Source of the DNA: Sphyrna mokarran
Lineage: Eukaryota
Assembly (NCBI GenBank): GCA_024679065.1
Contig: JAGIQG010000040.1
Location: 558,001 to 622,000, forward strand
Reading direction: 5' to 3'
Length of the DNA stretch: 64,000 bases
Shown here: one piece after another, positions 22,845 through 33,700 of the stretch
How the letters are laid out: the number at the start of each line of letters is the position of its first letter
How positions within the stretch are numbered: the stretch's first letter is position 1
The notes under the pieces: generated by a model
Databases searched by the model: none
What the model was told of the DNA's origin: nothing
The model's input: the letters and a program-made list of their open reading frames with translations, nothing else
Translations under genes and position numbers: made by a program

Positions 22845-25800
22845 GGGAGATACTGTAAACTGACTGCATCTCTCAGTCCCCTCACTCAAGAAGGTATCTG
22901 TGCACTGACTGGTGTCTCTCAGTTCCCTCTCTCTCTCTCAGTAAAATATCTGTACACTAACTGGTGTCTCAGTCCTCTCTCTCTCAGGGAGATATCTGTA
23001 CACTGACTGGTGTCTCTCAGTCCCCCCTCTCTCTCAGGGAGATATCTGTACACTGACTGGTGTCTCTGTCCCCTCTCTCTCTCAGGGAGATATCTGTACA
23101 CTGACTGGTGTCTCTCTGTCCCCTCTCTCTCTCAGGGAGATATCTGTACACTGTCTGGCGTCTCTCAGTCCCCCCTCTCTCAGGGAGATATCTGTACACT
23201 GTCTGGTGTCTCTCAGTCCCCTCTCTCTCAGGGAGATATCTGTACACTGTCTGGTGTCTCTCAGTCCTCTCTCTCTCTCAGGGAGATATCTGTACACTGA
23301 CTGGTGTCTCTCAGTCCCCTCTCTCTCAGGGAGATATCTGTACACTGACTGGTGTCTCTCAGTCCCCTCTCCTCAGAGATATCTGTACACTGACTGGTGT
23401 CTCTCAGTCCTCTCTCTCTCAGGGAGATATCTGTACACTGACTGGTGTCTCTCAGTCCCCCTCTCTCTCAGGGAGATATCTGTACACTGACTGGTGTCTC
23501 TCAGTCCCCTCTCTCTCTCTCAGGGAGATATCTGTACACTGACTGGTGTCTCTCAGTCCCCCCTCTCTCTCAGGGAGATATCTGTACACTGACTGGTGTC
23601 TCTCAGTCCCCTCTCTCTCTCTCAGGGAGATATCTGTACACTGACTGGTGTCTCTCAGTCCCCTCTCTCTCTCAGGGAGATATCTGTACACTGACTGGTG
23701 TCTCTCAGTCCCCTCTCTCTCTCTCAGGGAGATATCTGTACACTGACTGGTGTCTCTCAGTCCTCTCTCTCTCTCAGGGAGATATCTGTACACTGACTGG
23801 TGTCTCTCAGTCCCCTCTCTCTCTTCAGGGAGATATCTGTACACTGACTGGTGCTCTCAGTCCTCTCTCTCTCAGGGAGATATCTGTACACTGACTGGTG
23901 TCTCTCAGTCCCCTCTCTCTCTCTCAGGGAGATATCTGTACACTGACTGGTGTCTCTCAGTCCTCTCTCTCTCTCTCTCAGGGAGATATCTGTACACTGA
24001 CTGGTGTCTCTCAGTCCCCTCTCTCTCTCTCTCAGGGAGATATCTGTACACTGACTGGTGTCTCTCAGTCCCCTCTCTCTCTCTCAGGGAGATATCTGTA
24101 CACTGACTGGTGTCTCTCAGTCCCCTCTCTCAGGGAGATATCTGTACACTGACTGGTGTCTCTCAGTCCCCTCTCTCAGGGAGATATCTGTACCTGACTG
24201 TGCTCTCCCCCCTCTCTCTCTCGGGAGATATCTGTACACTGACTGGTGTCTCTCAGTCCCCTCTCCTCTCTCAGGGAGATATCTGTACACTGACTGGTGT
24301 CTCAGTCCCCTCTCTCTCTCTCAGGGAGATATCTGTACACTGACTGGTGTCTCTCAGTCCTCTCTCTCTCTCTCCAGGGAGATATCTGTACACTGACTGG
24401 TGTCTCTCAGTCCCCTCTCTCTCTCTCAGGGAGATATCTGTACACTGACTGGTGTCTCTCAGTCCCCTCTCTCTCTCTCAGGGAGATATCTGTACACTGA
24501 CTGGTGTCTCTCAGTCCTCTCTCTCTCTCAGGGAGATATCTGTACACTGACTGGTGTCTCTCAGTCCTCTCTCTCTCAGGGAGATATCTGTACACTGACT
24601 GGTGTCTCTCAGTCCCCTCTCTCTCTCTCTCAGGGAATCTGTACACTGACTGGTGTCTCTCAGTCCTCTCTCTCTCTCTCAGGGAGATATCTGTACACTG
24701 ACTGGTGTCTCTCAGTCCCCCTCTCTCAGGGAGATATCTGTACACTGACTGGTGTCTCTCAGTCCTCTCTCTCTCTCAGGGAGATATCTGTACACTGACT
24801 GGTGTCTCTCAGTCCCCTCTCTCTCTCTCAGGGAGATATCTGTACACTGACTGGTGTCTCTCAGTCCCCCTCTCTCTCTCTCAGGGAGATATCTGTACAC
24901 TGACTGGTGTCTCTCAGTCCCCCTCTCTCTCTCTCAGGGAGATATCTGTACACTGACTGGTGTCTCTCAGTCCCCTCTCTCTCTCTCTCTCTCAGGGAGA
25001 TATCTGTACACTGACTGGTGTCTCTCAGTCCCCTCTCTCTCTCTCTCAGGGAGATATCTGTACACTGACTGGTGTCTCTCAGTCCTCTCTCTCTCTCAGG
25101 GAGATATCTGTACACTGACTGGTGTCTCTCAGTCCCTCTCTCTCTCTCTCAGGGAGATATCTGTACACTGACTGGTGTCTCTCAGTCCCCTCTCTCTCTC
25201 TCAGGGAGATATCTGTACACTGACTGGTGTCTCTCAGTCCCCTCTCTCTCTCTCTCAGGGAGATATCTGTACACTGACTGGTGTCTCTCAGTCCCCTCTC
25301 CTTCTCTCTCAGGGAGATATCTGTACACTGACTGGTGTCTCTCAGTCCCCTCTCTCTCTCTCTCAGGAGATATCTGTACACTGACTGGTGTCTCTCAGTC
25401 CCCTCTCTCTCTCAGGGAGATATCTGTACACTGACTGGTGTCTCTCATCCCCTCTCTCTCAGGGAGATATCTGTACACTGACTGGTGTCTCTCAGTCCCC
25501 TCTCTCTCTCTCAGGGAGATATCTGTACACTGACTGGTGTCTCTCAGTCCCCTCTCTCTCTCTCTCAGGGAGATATCTGTACACTGACTGGTGTCTCTCA
25601 GTCCTCTCTCTCTCTCTCAGGGAGATATCTGTACACTGACTGGTGTCTCTCAGTCCCCTCTCTCTCTCTCAGGGAGATATCTGTACACTGACTGGTGTCT
25701 CTCAGTCCCCTCTCTCTCTCTCAGGGAGATATCTGTACACTGACTGGTGTCTCTCAGTCCTCTCTCTCTCTTCAGGGAGATATCTGTACACTGACTGGTG

Positions 25801-27640
25801 TCTCTCAGTCCCCTCTCTCTCTCTCTCTCAGGGAGATATCTGTACACTGACTGGTGTCTCTCAGTCCCCTCTCTCTCTCTCAGGGAGATATCTGTACACT
25901 GACTGGTGTCTCTCAGTCCCCTCTCTCTCTCTCAGGGAGATATCTGTACACTGACTGGTGTCTCTCAGTCCCTCTCTCTCTCTCTCAGGGAGATATCTGT
26001 ACACTGACTGGTGTCTCTCAGTCCTCTCTCTCTCTCAGGGAGATATCTGTACACTGACTGGTGTCTCTCAGTCCCCTCTCTCTCTCAGGGAGATATCTGT
26101 ACACTGACTGGTGTCTCTCAGTCCCCTCTCTCTCTCAGGGAGATATCTGTACACTGACTGGTGTCTCTCAGTCCCCTCTCTCTCTCAGGGAGATATCTGT
26201 ACACTGACTGGTGTCTCTCAGTCCCCTCTCTCTCTCAGGGAGATATCTGTACACTGACTGGTGTCTCTCAGTCCCTCTCTCTCTCTCAGGGAGATATCTG
26301 TACACTGACTGGTGTCTCTCAGTCCCCTCTCTCTCTCTCAGGGAGATATCTGTACACTGACTGGTGTCTCTCAGTCCTCTCTCTCTCTCTCAGGGAGATA
26401 TCTGTACACTGACTGGTGTCTCTCAGTCCCCTCTCTCTCTCAGGGAGATATCTGTACACTGACTGGTGTCTCTCAGTCCCCTCTCTCTCTCAGGGAGATA
26501 TCTGTACACTGACTGGTGTCTCTCAGCCCCTCTCTCTCAGGGAGATATCTGTACACTGACTGGTGTCTCTCAGTCCTCTCTCTCTCTCAGGGAGATATCT
26601 GTACACTGACTGGTGTCTCTCAGTCCCTCTCCTCTCTCAGGGAGATATCTGTACACTGACTGGTGTCTCTCTCTCTCTCTCTCTCAGGGAGATATCTGTA
26701 CACTGACTGGTGTCTCTCAGTCCCCTTCTCTCTCTCAGGGAGATATCTGTACACTGACTGGTGTCTCTCAGTCCCCTCTCTCTCTCAGGGAGATATCTGT
26801 ACACTGACTGGTGTCTCTCAGTCCCCTCTCTCTCAGGGAGATATCTGTACACTGACTGGTGTCTCTCAGTCCCCTCTCTCTCAGGGAGATATCTGTACAC
26901 TGACTGGTGTCTCTCAGTCCCCTCTCTCTCTCAGGGAGATATCTGTACACTGACTGGTGTCTCTCAGTCCCTCTCTCTCTCTCAGGGAGATATCTGTACA
27001 CTGACTGGTGTCTCTCAGTCCCCTCTCTCTCTCTCAGGGAGATATCTGTACACTGACTGGTGTCTCTCAGTCCCCCTCTCTCTCTCTCAGGGAGATATCT
27101 GTACACTGACTGTCTCTCAGTCCCCTCTCTCTCTCTCAGGGAGATATCTGTACACTGACTGGTGTCTCTCAGTCCCCTCTCTCTCTCTCAGGGAGATATC
27201 TGTACACTGACTGGTGTCTCTCAGTCCCCTCTCTCTCTCAGGGAGATATCTGTACACTGACTGGTGTCTCTCAGTCCCCTCTCTCTCTCAGGGAGATATC
27301 TGTACACTGACTGTCTCTCTCTCCCCTCTCTCTCTCTCAGGGAGATATCTGTACACTGACTGGTGTCTCTCAGCCCCTCTCTCTCTCTCAGGGAGATATC
27401 TGTACACTGACTGGTGTCTCTCAGTCCTCTCTCTCTCTCTCAGGGAGATATCTGTACACTGACTGGTGTCTCTCAGTCCCCTCTCTCTCTCTCAGGGAGA
27501 TATCTGTACACTGACTGGTGTCTCTCAGTCCCCTCTCTCTCTCTCAGGGAGATATCTGTACACTGACTGGTGTCTCTCTGTCCCCTCTCTCTCTCTCAGG
27601 GAGATATCTGTACACTGACTGTCTCTCAATCCCTATCTCA
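22845..27640 (+). repeat. ~4.8-kb tandem array (~90 copies, ~48-58-bp unit with variable (CT)n) ending ~220 bp before the IgW TATA element
   Basis: Unit CAGGGAGATATCTGTACACTGACTGGTGTCTCTCAGTCCC(CT)n. All ORFs between 22.9 and 27.5 kb are translations of it. Confidence 0.97.
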
Positions 27641-27794
27641 GGTAGAGATATATAACTGCAGTCTCACAGGTTATCTGATCTCCTCAAACTGTTTAACTTT
27701 GAAATAAATAGTAGAAAGTGTGAGTGGATCTTGAATCTTAATATTGCCGCCTGTTGAATCAGTAAATAACTTGTTGAGGATTGAAATCTCTGCT

Positions 27795-27866
27795 GGAGGC
27801 GGGGACAGGAAGCGGGTGGAGCTGCAGTTTGTGCTGTGGGACCCTCACTCCACTTCCCTATTTAAA
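27795..27866 (+). promoter_or_regulatory. Putative IgW VH promoter (GC box, two Ets-like sites, TATA-like element; no octamer)
   Basis: GGAGGCGGGG 27795-27804, ACAGGAAG 27805-27812, CACTTCC 27851-27857 and TATTTAAA 27859-27866, about 90 nt upstream of the leader ATG. No ATGCAAAT/ATTTGCAT was seen. Confidence 0.65.
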
Positions 27867-27950
27867 CAGCACTGACTCCTGCTCCAAACAAAGTGGCTGT
27901 GAAGCAGCCGGTTTCTGGAGTGTCTGTCAGTGTGTGTCTGAATACACAGG

Positions 27951-27999
27951 ATGATGGGGACTGCTCCTTATCTCTGTGTCCTTCTGTTCTGTCTGACAG
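27951..27999 (+). CDS. IgW: IgW heavy chain leader exon (MMGTAPYLCVLLFCLT-G)
   Basis: ATG, hydrophobic signal peptide, phase-1 donor CAG/GTGAGA, and a 121-nt intron to the V exon. Confidence 0.93.
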
Positions 28000-28120
28000 G
28001 TGAGAGGTGCTGGGGTTTTATCCCCACACTGTCTGATTAATCAGGGATTCTTTGATCATCTGTTTATCTAACGGGAGGTTTACTAAAATTAACTCTCTTC
28101 TTTTTCTCTTTTATTAACAG

Positions 28121-28419
28121 GTGTCCGGTCCAATGTCGTGCTGACCCAGCCCGGGTCTGTTGTGAAAAAGCCGGGGGAGACAGTCAAACTCTCCTGTGCG
28201 GTCAGTGGGTTTGATATCAGCAGCTATTGGATACACTGGATCAAACAGGTCCCTGGGAAAGGGCTGGAGTGGTTAGTTAATTACAAGATTGGTGGTACAA
28301 GTAGTTATGCGCCTGGAATTAAAGGTCGATTTGTCCCTTCAAGTGGGTCCAGTACACTCGCCTACCTTGAAATTAGTCAACTAAAAACAGACGACACTGC
28401 CATGTATTACTGTGCAAGA
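28121..28419 (+). CDS. IgW: IgW VH gene segment (germline)
   Basis: Acceptor TTATTAACAG. Encodes GVRS-NVVLTQPGSVVKKPGETVKLSCAVSGFDISSYWIHWIKQVPGKGLEW...DTAMYYCAR with canonical Cys/Trp/Cys. The N(I/V)VLTQP.SVVKKPGET start is typical of shark IgW V. Confidence 0.97.
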
Positions 28420-28458
28420 CACAGAGAGAGGAAGCAGGGCTGGATTGGGACAAAAACT
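28420..28458 (+). other. 23-bp-spacer RSS 3' of VH
   Basis: CACAGAG (28420-26), 23 nt, ACAAAAACT (28450-58). Confidence 0.93.
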
Positions 28459-28589
28459 CAGAGACACAATCTGCAATTAATGGAAGGAGTAAAAGGGAAG
28501 GAATGATCGCTCACCCTCAGTTATCAGTACAGATTTATTCCCATCCTCGCTGTGCTGGGATCTGCCCTCCCTGGAAATGGGAGATGTGG

Positions 28590-28665
28590 ACGGCACGGTG
28601 ACACTGTGGTTAGCACTGTTGCTTCACAGCGCCAGGGATCCGGGTTCAATTCCCCCAGCTTGGAT
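28590..28665 (+). mobile_element. HE1-like SINE head fragment in the V-D1 interval
   Basis: GGCACGGTGACACTGTGGTTAGCACTGTTGCTTCACAGCGCCAGGGATCCGGGTTCAATTCCC. Confidence 0.75.
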
Positions 28666-28966
28666 CATTGAGACATCACAGCTTAAACCAGTGTCAGTGT
28701 AAATCAGAGAAGAGGATTGCTCACTTGTCGCAGTGTGGATTCAGTGTGAAGGGACTGGATTCAGTGTCAAAATTCCCAAACTCCCATGGAGGGGTTGAAC
28801 ATTGACACATTCCCCGGATTATTAAACCCGGTGATCCAGGGACAGAACCATTGAGACATCACAGCTCAAACCAGTGTCAGTGTAAATCAGAGAAGAGGAT
28901 TGCTCACTTGTCGCAGTGTGGATTCAGTGTGAAGGGACTGGATTCAGTGACAGTGAGAGGAGTGGA

Positions 28967-29049
28967 GGTTAATGTATGGCTGTGTATCACAGTGTCTATA
29001 TATGGGGTGGCACAGTGAGAGAGATGGGGAAATCCTCCATTCAAAAACC
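28967..29049 (+). other. IgW: DH1 segment (coding 28995-29010, TCTATATATGGGGTGG) with 5' 12-RSS and 3' 23-RSS
   Basis: GGTTAATGT-12-CACAGTG | D | CACAGTG-23-TCAAAAACC. All three frames are open (SIYGV, LYMGW, YIWG). Confidence 0.93.
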
Positions 29050-29357
29050 TGCCACAGGAAAGTTATTTAAACTGGGGCTTTCAGGCGATATTACCGACCT
29101 TTATCTCATAGCCCGTGTGTGTGTGAACAATTTTCTTTGGAGATATTATTGAAAAGGGGAAAGAACAGTGAGTGACAGCGAGGGGATGCAGAGCAATGAA
29201 AACTCCTTGTGGATCATCTTATCTTTCTGTAAAGTCCTGAAAGACCCTGAGTTTGATACCCGATGTGTGGGGGACACATGGATACAGACTGAGGAGTTAA
29301 TAAAGCTTCTGGCTGCCTGTCTGGAACATTTTATTTTGGGCTGAATCTTATACCTGT

Positions 29358-29420
29358 GGTTTATGACCTGGGGTGAAGTACTGTGATACGCTCACAGTGA
29401 TAGAGAGCTTGACACAAACT
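29358..29420 (+). other. IgW: DH2 segment (coding 29386-29392, ATACGCT) with 12-RSS on both sides
   Basis: GGTTTATGA-12-TACTGTG | D | CACAGTG-12-ACACAAACT. Confidence 0.92.
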
Positions 29421-29758
29421 TCCTCCTGTAGAAATGACCGCGTGTATCAGAGTCTGTGTCCATGGATTCCACATTCCTGCTTCCCAGAGTGAAATATCTC
29501 AGCACTGACTCAGATTATCGGAGGAAAATGTGGATTTCTGGGAAAATAAAAGACAAAAAGGAGGCGATTCTGTTTCTTGGTAAAATGCAGGAGCTGGTGT
29601 TCGCAGACAGTAAAACTGCAAAAATAATTCATTTATTCATACATTTGGAACAGGATTAGGATGGAATTTCAGAGTCAAATGCAGCAAACTACTGCTCCGG
29701 GTTAAAACATGGTTTAAGTTTAATTACCCTGAGATTATTACATATTGTGGACAAGTTC

Positions 29759-29797
29759 AGTTATTGTATTGGGTGAATGAGGAGACAGAGCACAGTG
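29759..29797 (-). other. 23-bp-spacer RSS 5' of JH
   Basis: On the + strand: AGTTATTGT (29759-67), 23 nt, CACAGTG (29791-97). Confidence 0.9.
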
Positions 29798-29845
29798 ACT
29801 ATTTTGACTACTGGGGGAGTGGAACCTTCGTGGAAGTGACTTCAG
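29798..29845 (+). CDS. IgW: IgW JH segment (YFDYWGSGTFVEVTS)
   Basis: WGxG motif and phase-1 donor TCAG/GTAAGA. Confidence 0.96.
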
Positions 29846-30739
29846 GTAAGACAAATTTCTCAATTCCTTCTTTACTTATTTTCTTTAATTTGTGTTATTG
29901 GTGAATTTGATCGTTCAGCTGTAATGTGTGATTTATCTGAAATCAGTGAGGTATTTGGAATAATTAAATGTTTCTCTCTGAGAGAGCTGGATTTCTGTAG
30001 AGACAAGGACATACCCAGTAATTGGAGCTGAAATCTGATAACTGGATTTACTCTCAAGGGTTAAGGTTTAACTCCATAGAATGGAATAACGATTCCCGGA
30101 TCTGTTTAGTGTGTTCCGTTTGACTCAGATTATAATTTTCAGGACATTCTGTTGGAGCAGGTTTGGTGATTTTGGATTTTAGATATTTGCAGTTGGGTTC
30201 GAATTTTGTTCTAATCTGAATTCAAATATTTTGTACAATTGTCTCATGATTTAATTGTTGATGTCAGAGTGGTTTTAAATGTGAGTTATTGCAGTTCAAA
30301 CATTGCTGGAACAGTTTTTAGGTGTATAAAGATTAAGTCCTATGTTCCACTTGATATTTTAGTGATTGTGGAGAGAAAATGGTTTACACAGAGTGAGAAA
30401 CAGGGATTTGTGTTTATAAAAAAACCTCATTCCAACAAGCTGAGCATGAAACAGTGAGCTGCCCAGACAGACAGGAATCAGACTGCATGTGGAATAGGAT
30501 TGTCTTATTGAGACAGGATGTGATTTGTGTTTTGACCATAATTGTTAAACTATCATGATTTACAAATATCCAATCGAGAGTTTAAATCATCTTTTGCTCC
30601 TGAAAGTGAACCTACATTGAGAACTAGAGGATTTGTATGTGGCAGAAACTGTTCTTGAGCACACACAGTAATGGAGCTGTTAATTGTTAATTCATTGAAT
30701 CTGTTTTTTATCATCAATTTTCTAATATTTACAATTATT

Positions 30740-31315
30740 GGATTTGATTTATTATTGTCACATGTACTAACATACGATTAAAAAGTATTGTTTCTTGCAC
30801 GCTGTAAGACAAAGCATACCATTCATAGAGAAGGAAAGAAGAGAGTGCAGAATGTAGTGTTACAGTCACAGCGAGGGGTCTAGAGAAAGATTAACTCAAT
30901 GCGAGGTGGGTCCATTCAAAAGTCTGACAGCAGCAGGGAAGAAGCTGTTCTCGAGTCGGTCGGTGCGTGACCTCAAAGTTTTGTATCTTTTTCCCGATGG
31001 AGAAGATGGAAGACAGGATGTGTGGGGGTCCTTAATTATGCCGGCTGCTTTTCCCCGAGGCAGCGGCAAGTGTTGACAGAGTCAATGGATGGAAGGCTGG
31101 TTTGCGTGATGGATTGGATACATTCACCACCTTTTTGCAGTTCCTTGCGATCTTGAGCAGAGCAGGAGCCCAGACCAATGGGGCATTTGTAAAAGTTGAT
31201 GAGAGTTGTAGCCGGCATGCCAAATTTCCTTAGTCTTCTGAGAAATTAGAAGCATTGGTGGGCTTTCTTAACTATAGTGTCAGCAAGAGGGGAACCAGAA
31301 CAGGTTGTTGGTGAG
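30740..31315 (-). mobile_element. Rex1/Babar-like LINE fragment in the J-C1 intron
   Basis: Reverse complement of the 3510-4020 family. Further pieces lie at ~31700-32170 and ~35170-35825. Confidence 0.7.
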
Positions 31316-32214
31316 AAGTCCCAGTCTATCCAGTCTCTCCTTATAACTCAAACTATCAAGTCCTAGTAGCATCCTAGTAAATCTTTTTTGCCTCTCTCTA
31401 GTTTAATAATATCCTTTCTATAATAGGGTGACCAGAACTGTGCACAGTATTCCAAGTGTGGCCTTACCAATGTCTTGTACAACTTCAACAACTTGTATAA
31501 CTTCAACGTACTGGAGGCAGTACGGAGGAGGTTTACTAGGTTGATTTCTGAACTGAGCCTGTTGTCTTATGAGGAAAGGTTGGACAGGCTGGGCTTGTTG
31601 CCATTGGAGTTTAGATGAGTGAGGGGTTACTTGAATGAAGTCTATAAGATTCTGAATAGTATTGATAAGGTGGAAGTGGGAAGGATGTTGTGCTAAATCC
31701 TGTTTGATTTATTGTCACCGACATTGGGATACAATGAAAAACATTGTTTCTTATGCACTATACAGACAGAGCATTACCTTACATGGAGAAGAAAAGGAGA
31801 GAGTGCAGAATGTAGTGTTACAGTCATAGCTAGGATTTAGAGAAAGATCAATCGAATGTGTATATATGCATACAGTGATTTGATTTATCATTGTCACATG
31901 TACTAACATACAGTGAAAAGTATTGTTTCTTGTACGCTATACAGACAAAGCATACCATTCATAAAGAAAGAAAGGAGAGAGTGCACAATGTAGTATTACA
32001 GTGACAGCGAGGGTGTAGAGAAGGATCAGCTGAATGCGAGGTAGGTCCACACACTAATAGCAGCAGGGAAGAAGCTGTTCTTGAAGCGGTTGGTATGTGA
32101 TCTCAGACTTTTGTATCTTTCTCTTGAAGAAGGTGGAAGAGAGAATGTCCGGGGTGCTTGGGGTCCTTAATTGTATTTTACACCTCAGCAAATAAAGACA
32201 AGCATCCCATATCT

Positions 32215-33700
32215 TAGTCATAGGAGCAGAATTAGGCTACTCGGCCCATCGAGTCTGCTCCCCCATTCAATCATGGCTGATAATTTTCTCATTCCCATCC
32301 TCTCGCCTTGTCCCCATAACTTCTGATCTCCTTATTAATTAAGAACCTGTCTATCTCTGTCTTAAAGACACTCAATGACCCGGCCTTCACAGTCTTCTAC
32401 GGCAAAGAATTCCACAGACTCACCTCTCTCTGGTTGAAGAAATTCTTCCTCATCTCTAAAACAGGATCATCCCTTTAACCTGACGTTGTACCCTCTGGTG
32501 CTAGCTTTCCCCTTAATGGAAACATCCTCTCCACGTCCACTCTATCCAGGGCCTCGCAGTATCCTGTAAGTTTCAATTAGATCCCCCCCCCCCTCATCCT
32601 TCTAAACTCCCAACGAGTACAGACCCAGAATCCTCAACCCATTCCTCATACGACAAGCTCTTCATTCCAGGGATCATTCTTGTGAACCTCCTCTGGACCC
32701 TTTCCAAGGCCAGCACATCCTTCCTTAGATACCGGGGCCCAAAACAATATTCCAAATGGGGTCTGATCAGAATGTTATACAGACTCAGAAGTACATCCCT
32801 GCTGTTGTATTGTCACCCTCTCGACATGAATGCGAACATTGCATTTGCCTTCCTAACTGCTGATTGAACATGCATGTTCACCTTAAGAGAATCCTGAACA
32901 AGGACTCCCGAGCCCCTTCGTATTTCTGATTTCCTAAGCATTTCGCCATTTAGAAAATAGTCTCTGCCTCCATTCCTTCTTCTAAAGTGCATAACCTCAC
33001 ACTTCTCCACATTGTATTCCATCTGCCATTTCTTTGCCCACTCTCCTAACCTACCAAAGTGCTGCAAAATGCTCAGGGACATTGTGAGGACATGAAGCAT
33101 GTTAAATGAAGCGTCTTTCTTTCACAAACATTTGTAATTCATGACCATTAATACGACATGTTGCGGCTGTACAAAACTCTGATGCGGCCGCACTTGGAAT
33201 ATTGCGTACAGTTCTAGTCTCCGCATTATAAGAAGCATTGGAAAGGGGTGCAGAGGAGGTTTACCAGGATATTGCCTGATATGGTGGGAAGGTCTTATGA
33301 GGAAAGGCTGAGGAACTTGAGGCTGTTTTCATTAGAGAGAAGAAGGTGAAGAGTTGACTTAATTGAGGCATACAAGATTATCAAAGGATTAGATAGGATG
33401 GACAGTGAGAGCCTTTTTCCTCAGATGGTGATGGCTAACACAAGGGGACATAGCTTTAAATTGAGGGGTGAGAGATAGAGGACAGGTGTCAGAGGTAGGT
33501 ACTTTAGTCAGAGGGTGGTAAGGGCATGGAATGCCCTGCCTGCAGCAGTAGTGGATTCGCCAACTTTAAGGGCATTCAAATGGTCACTGAGTAGACATTG
33601 GATAATATTGGAATAGTTTAGGTTAGAGTGTCATTAGATTGGTTAATGCAACATTGAGGGCTGAAGGGCCTATACTGTGCTGTAATATTCTATGTTCTAA
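32215..33700. mobile_element. Two CR1 LINE 3' fragments in opposite orientation (32215-33060 minus; 33150-33700 plus)
   Basis: Minus strand reads LGEWAKKWQMEYNVEKCEVMHF...KANAMFAF. The plus-strand piece is a CR1 3' region ending TTCTATGTTCTA. Confidence 0.75.

Noticed and set aside
22919-27462. Dozens of overlapping ORFs (QGDICTLTGVSQS / GRYLYTDWCLSV)
   Set aside because: Artefacts of the tandem array; frames shift with (CT)n length.
28420-28506. V ORF extension HRERKQGWIGTK... as a germline-joined VDJ
   Set aside because: It is read-through of the intact RSS; D and J are separate, so the cluster is unjoined.
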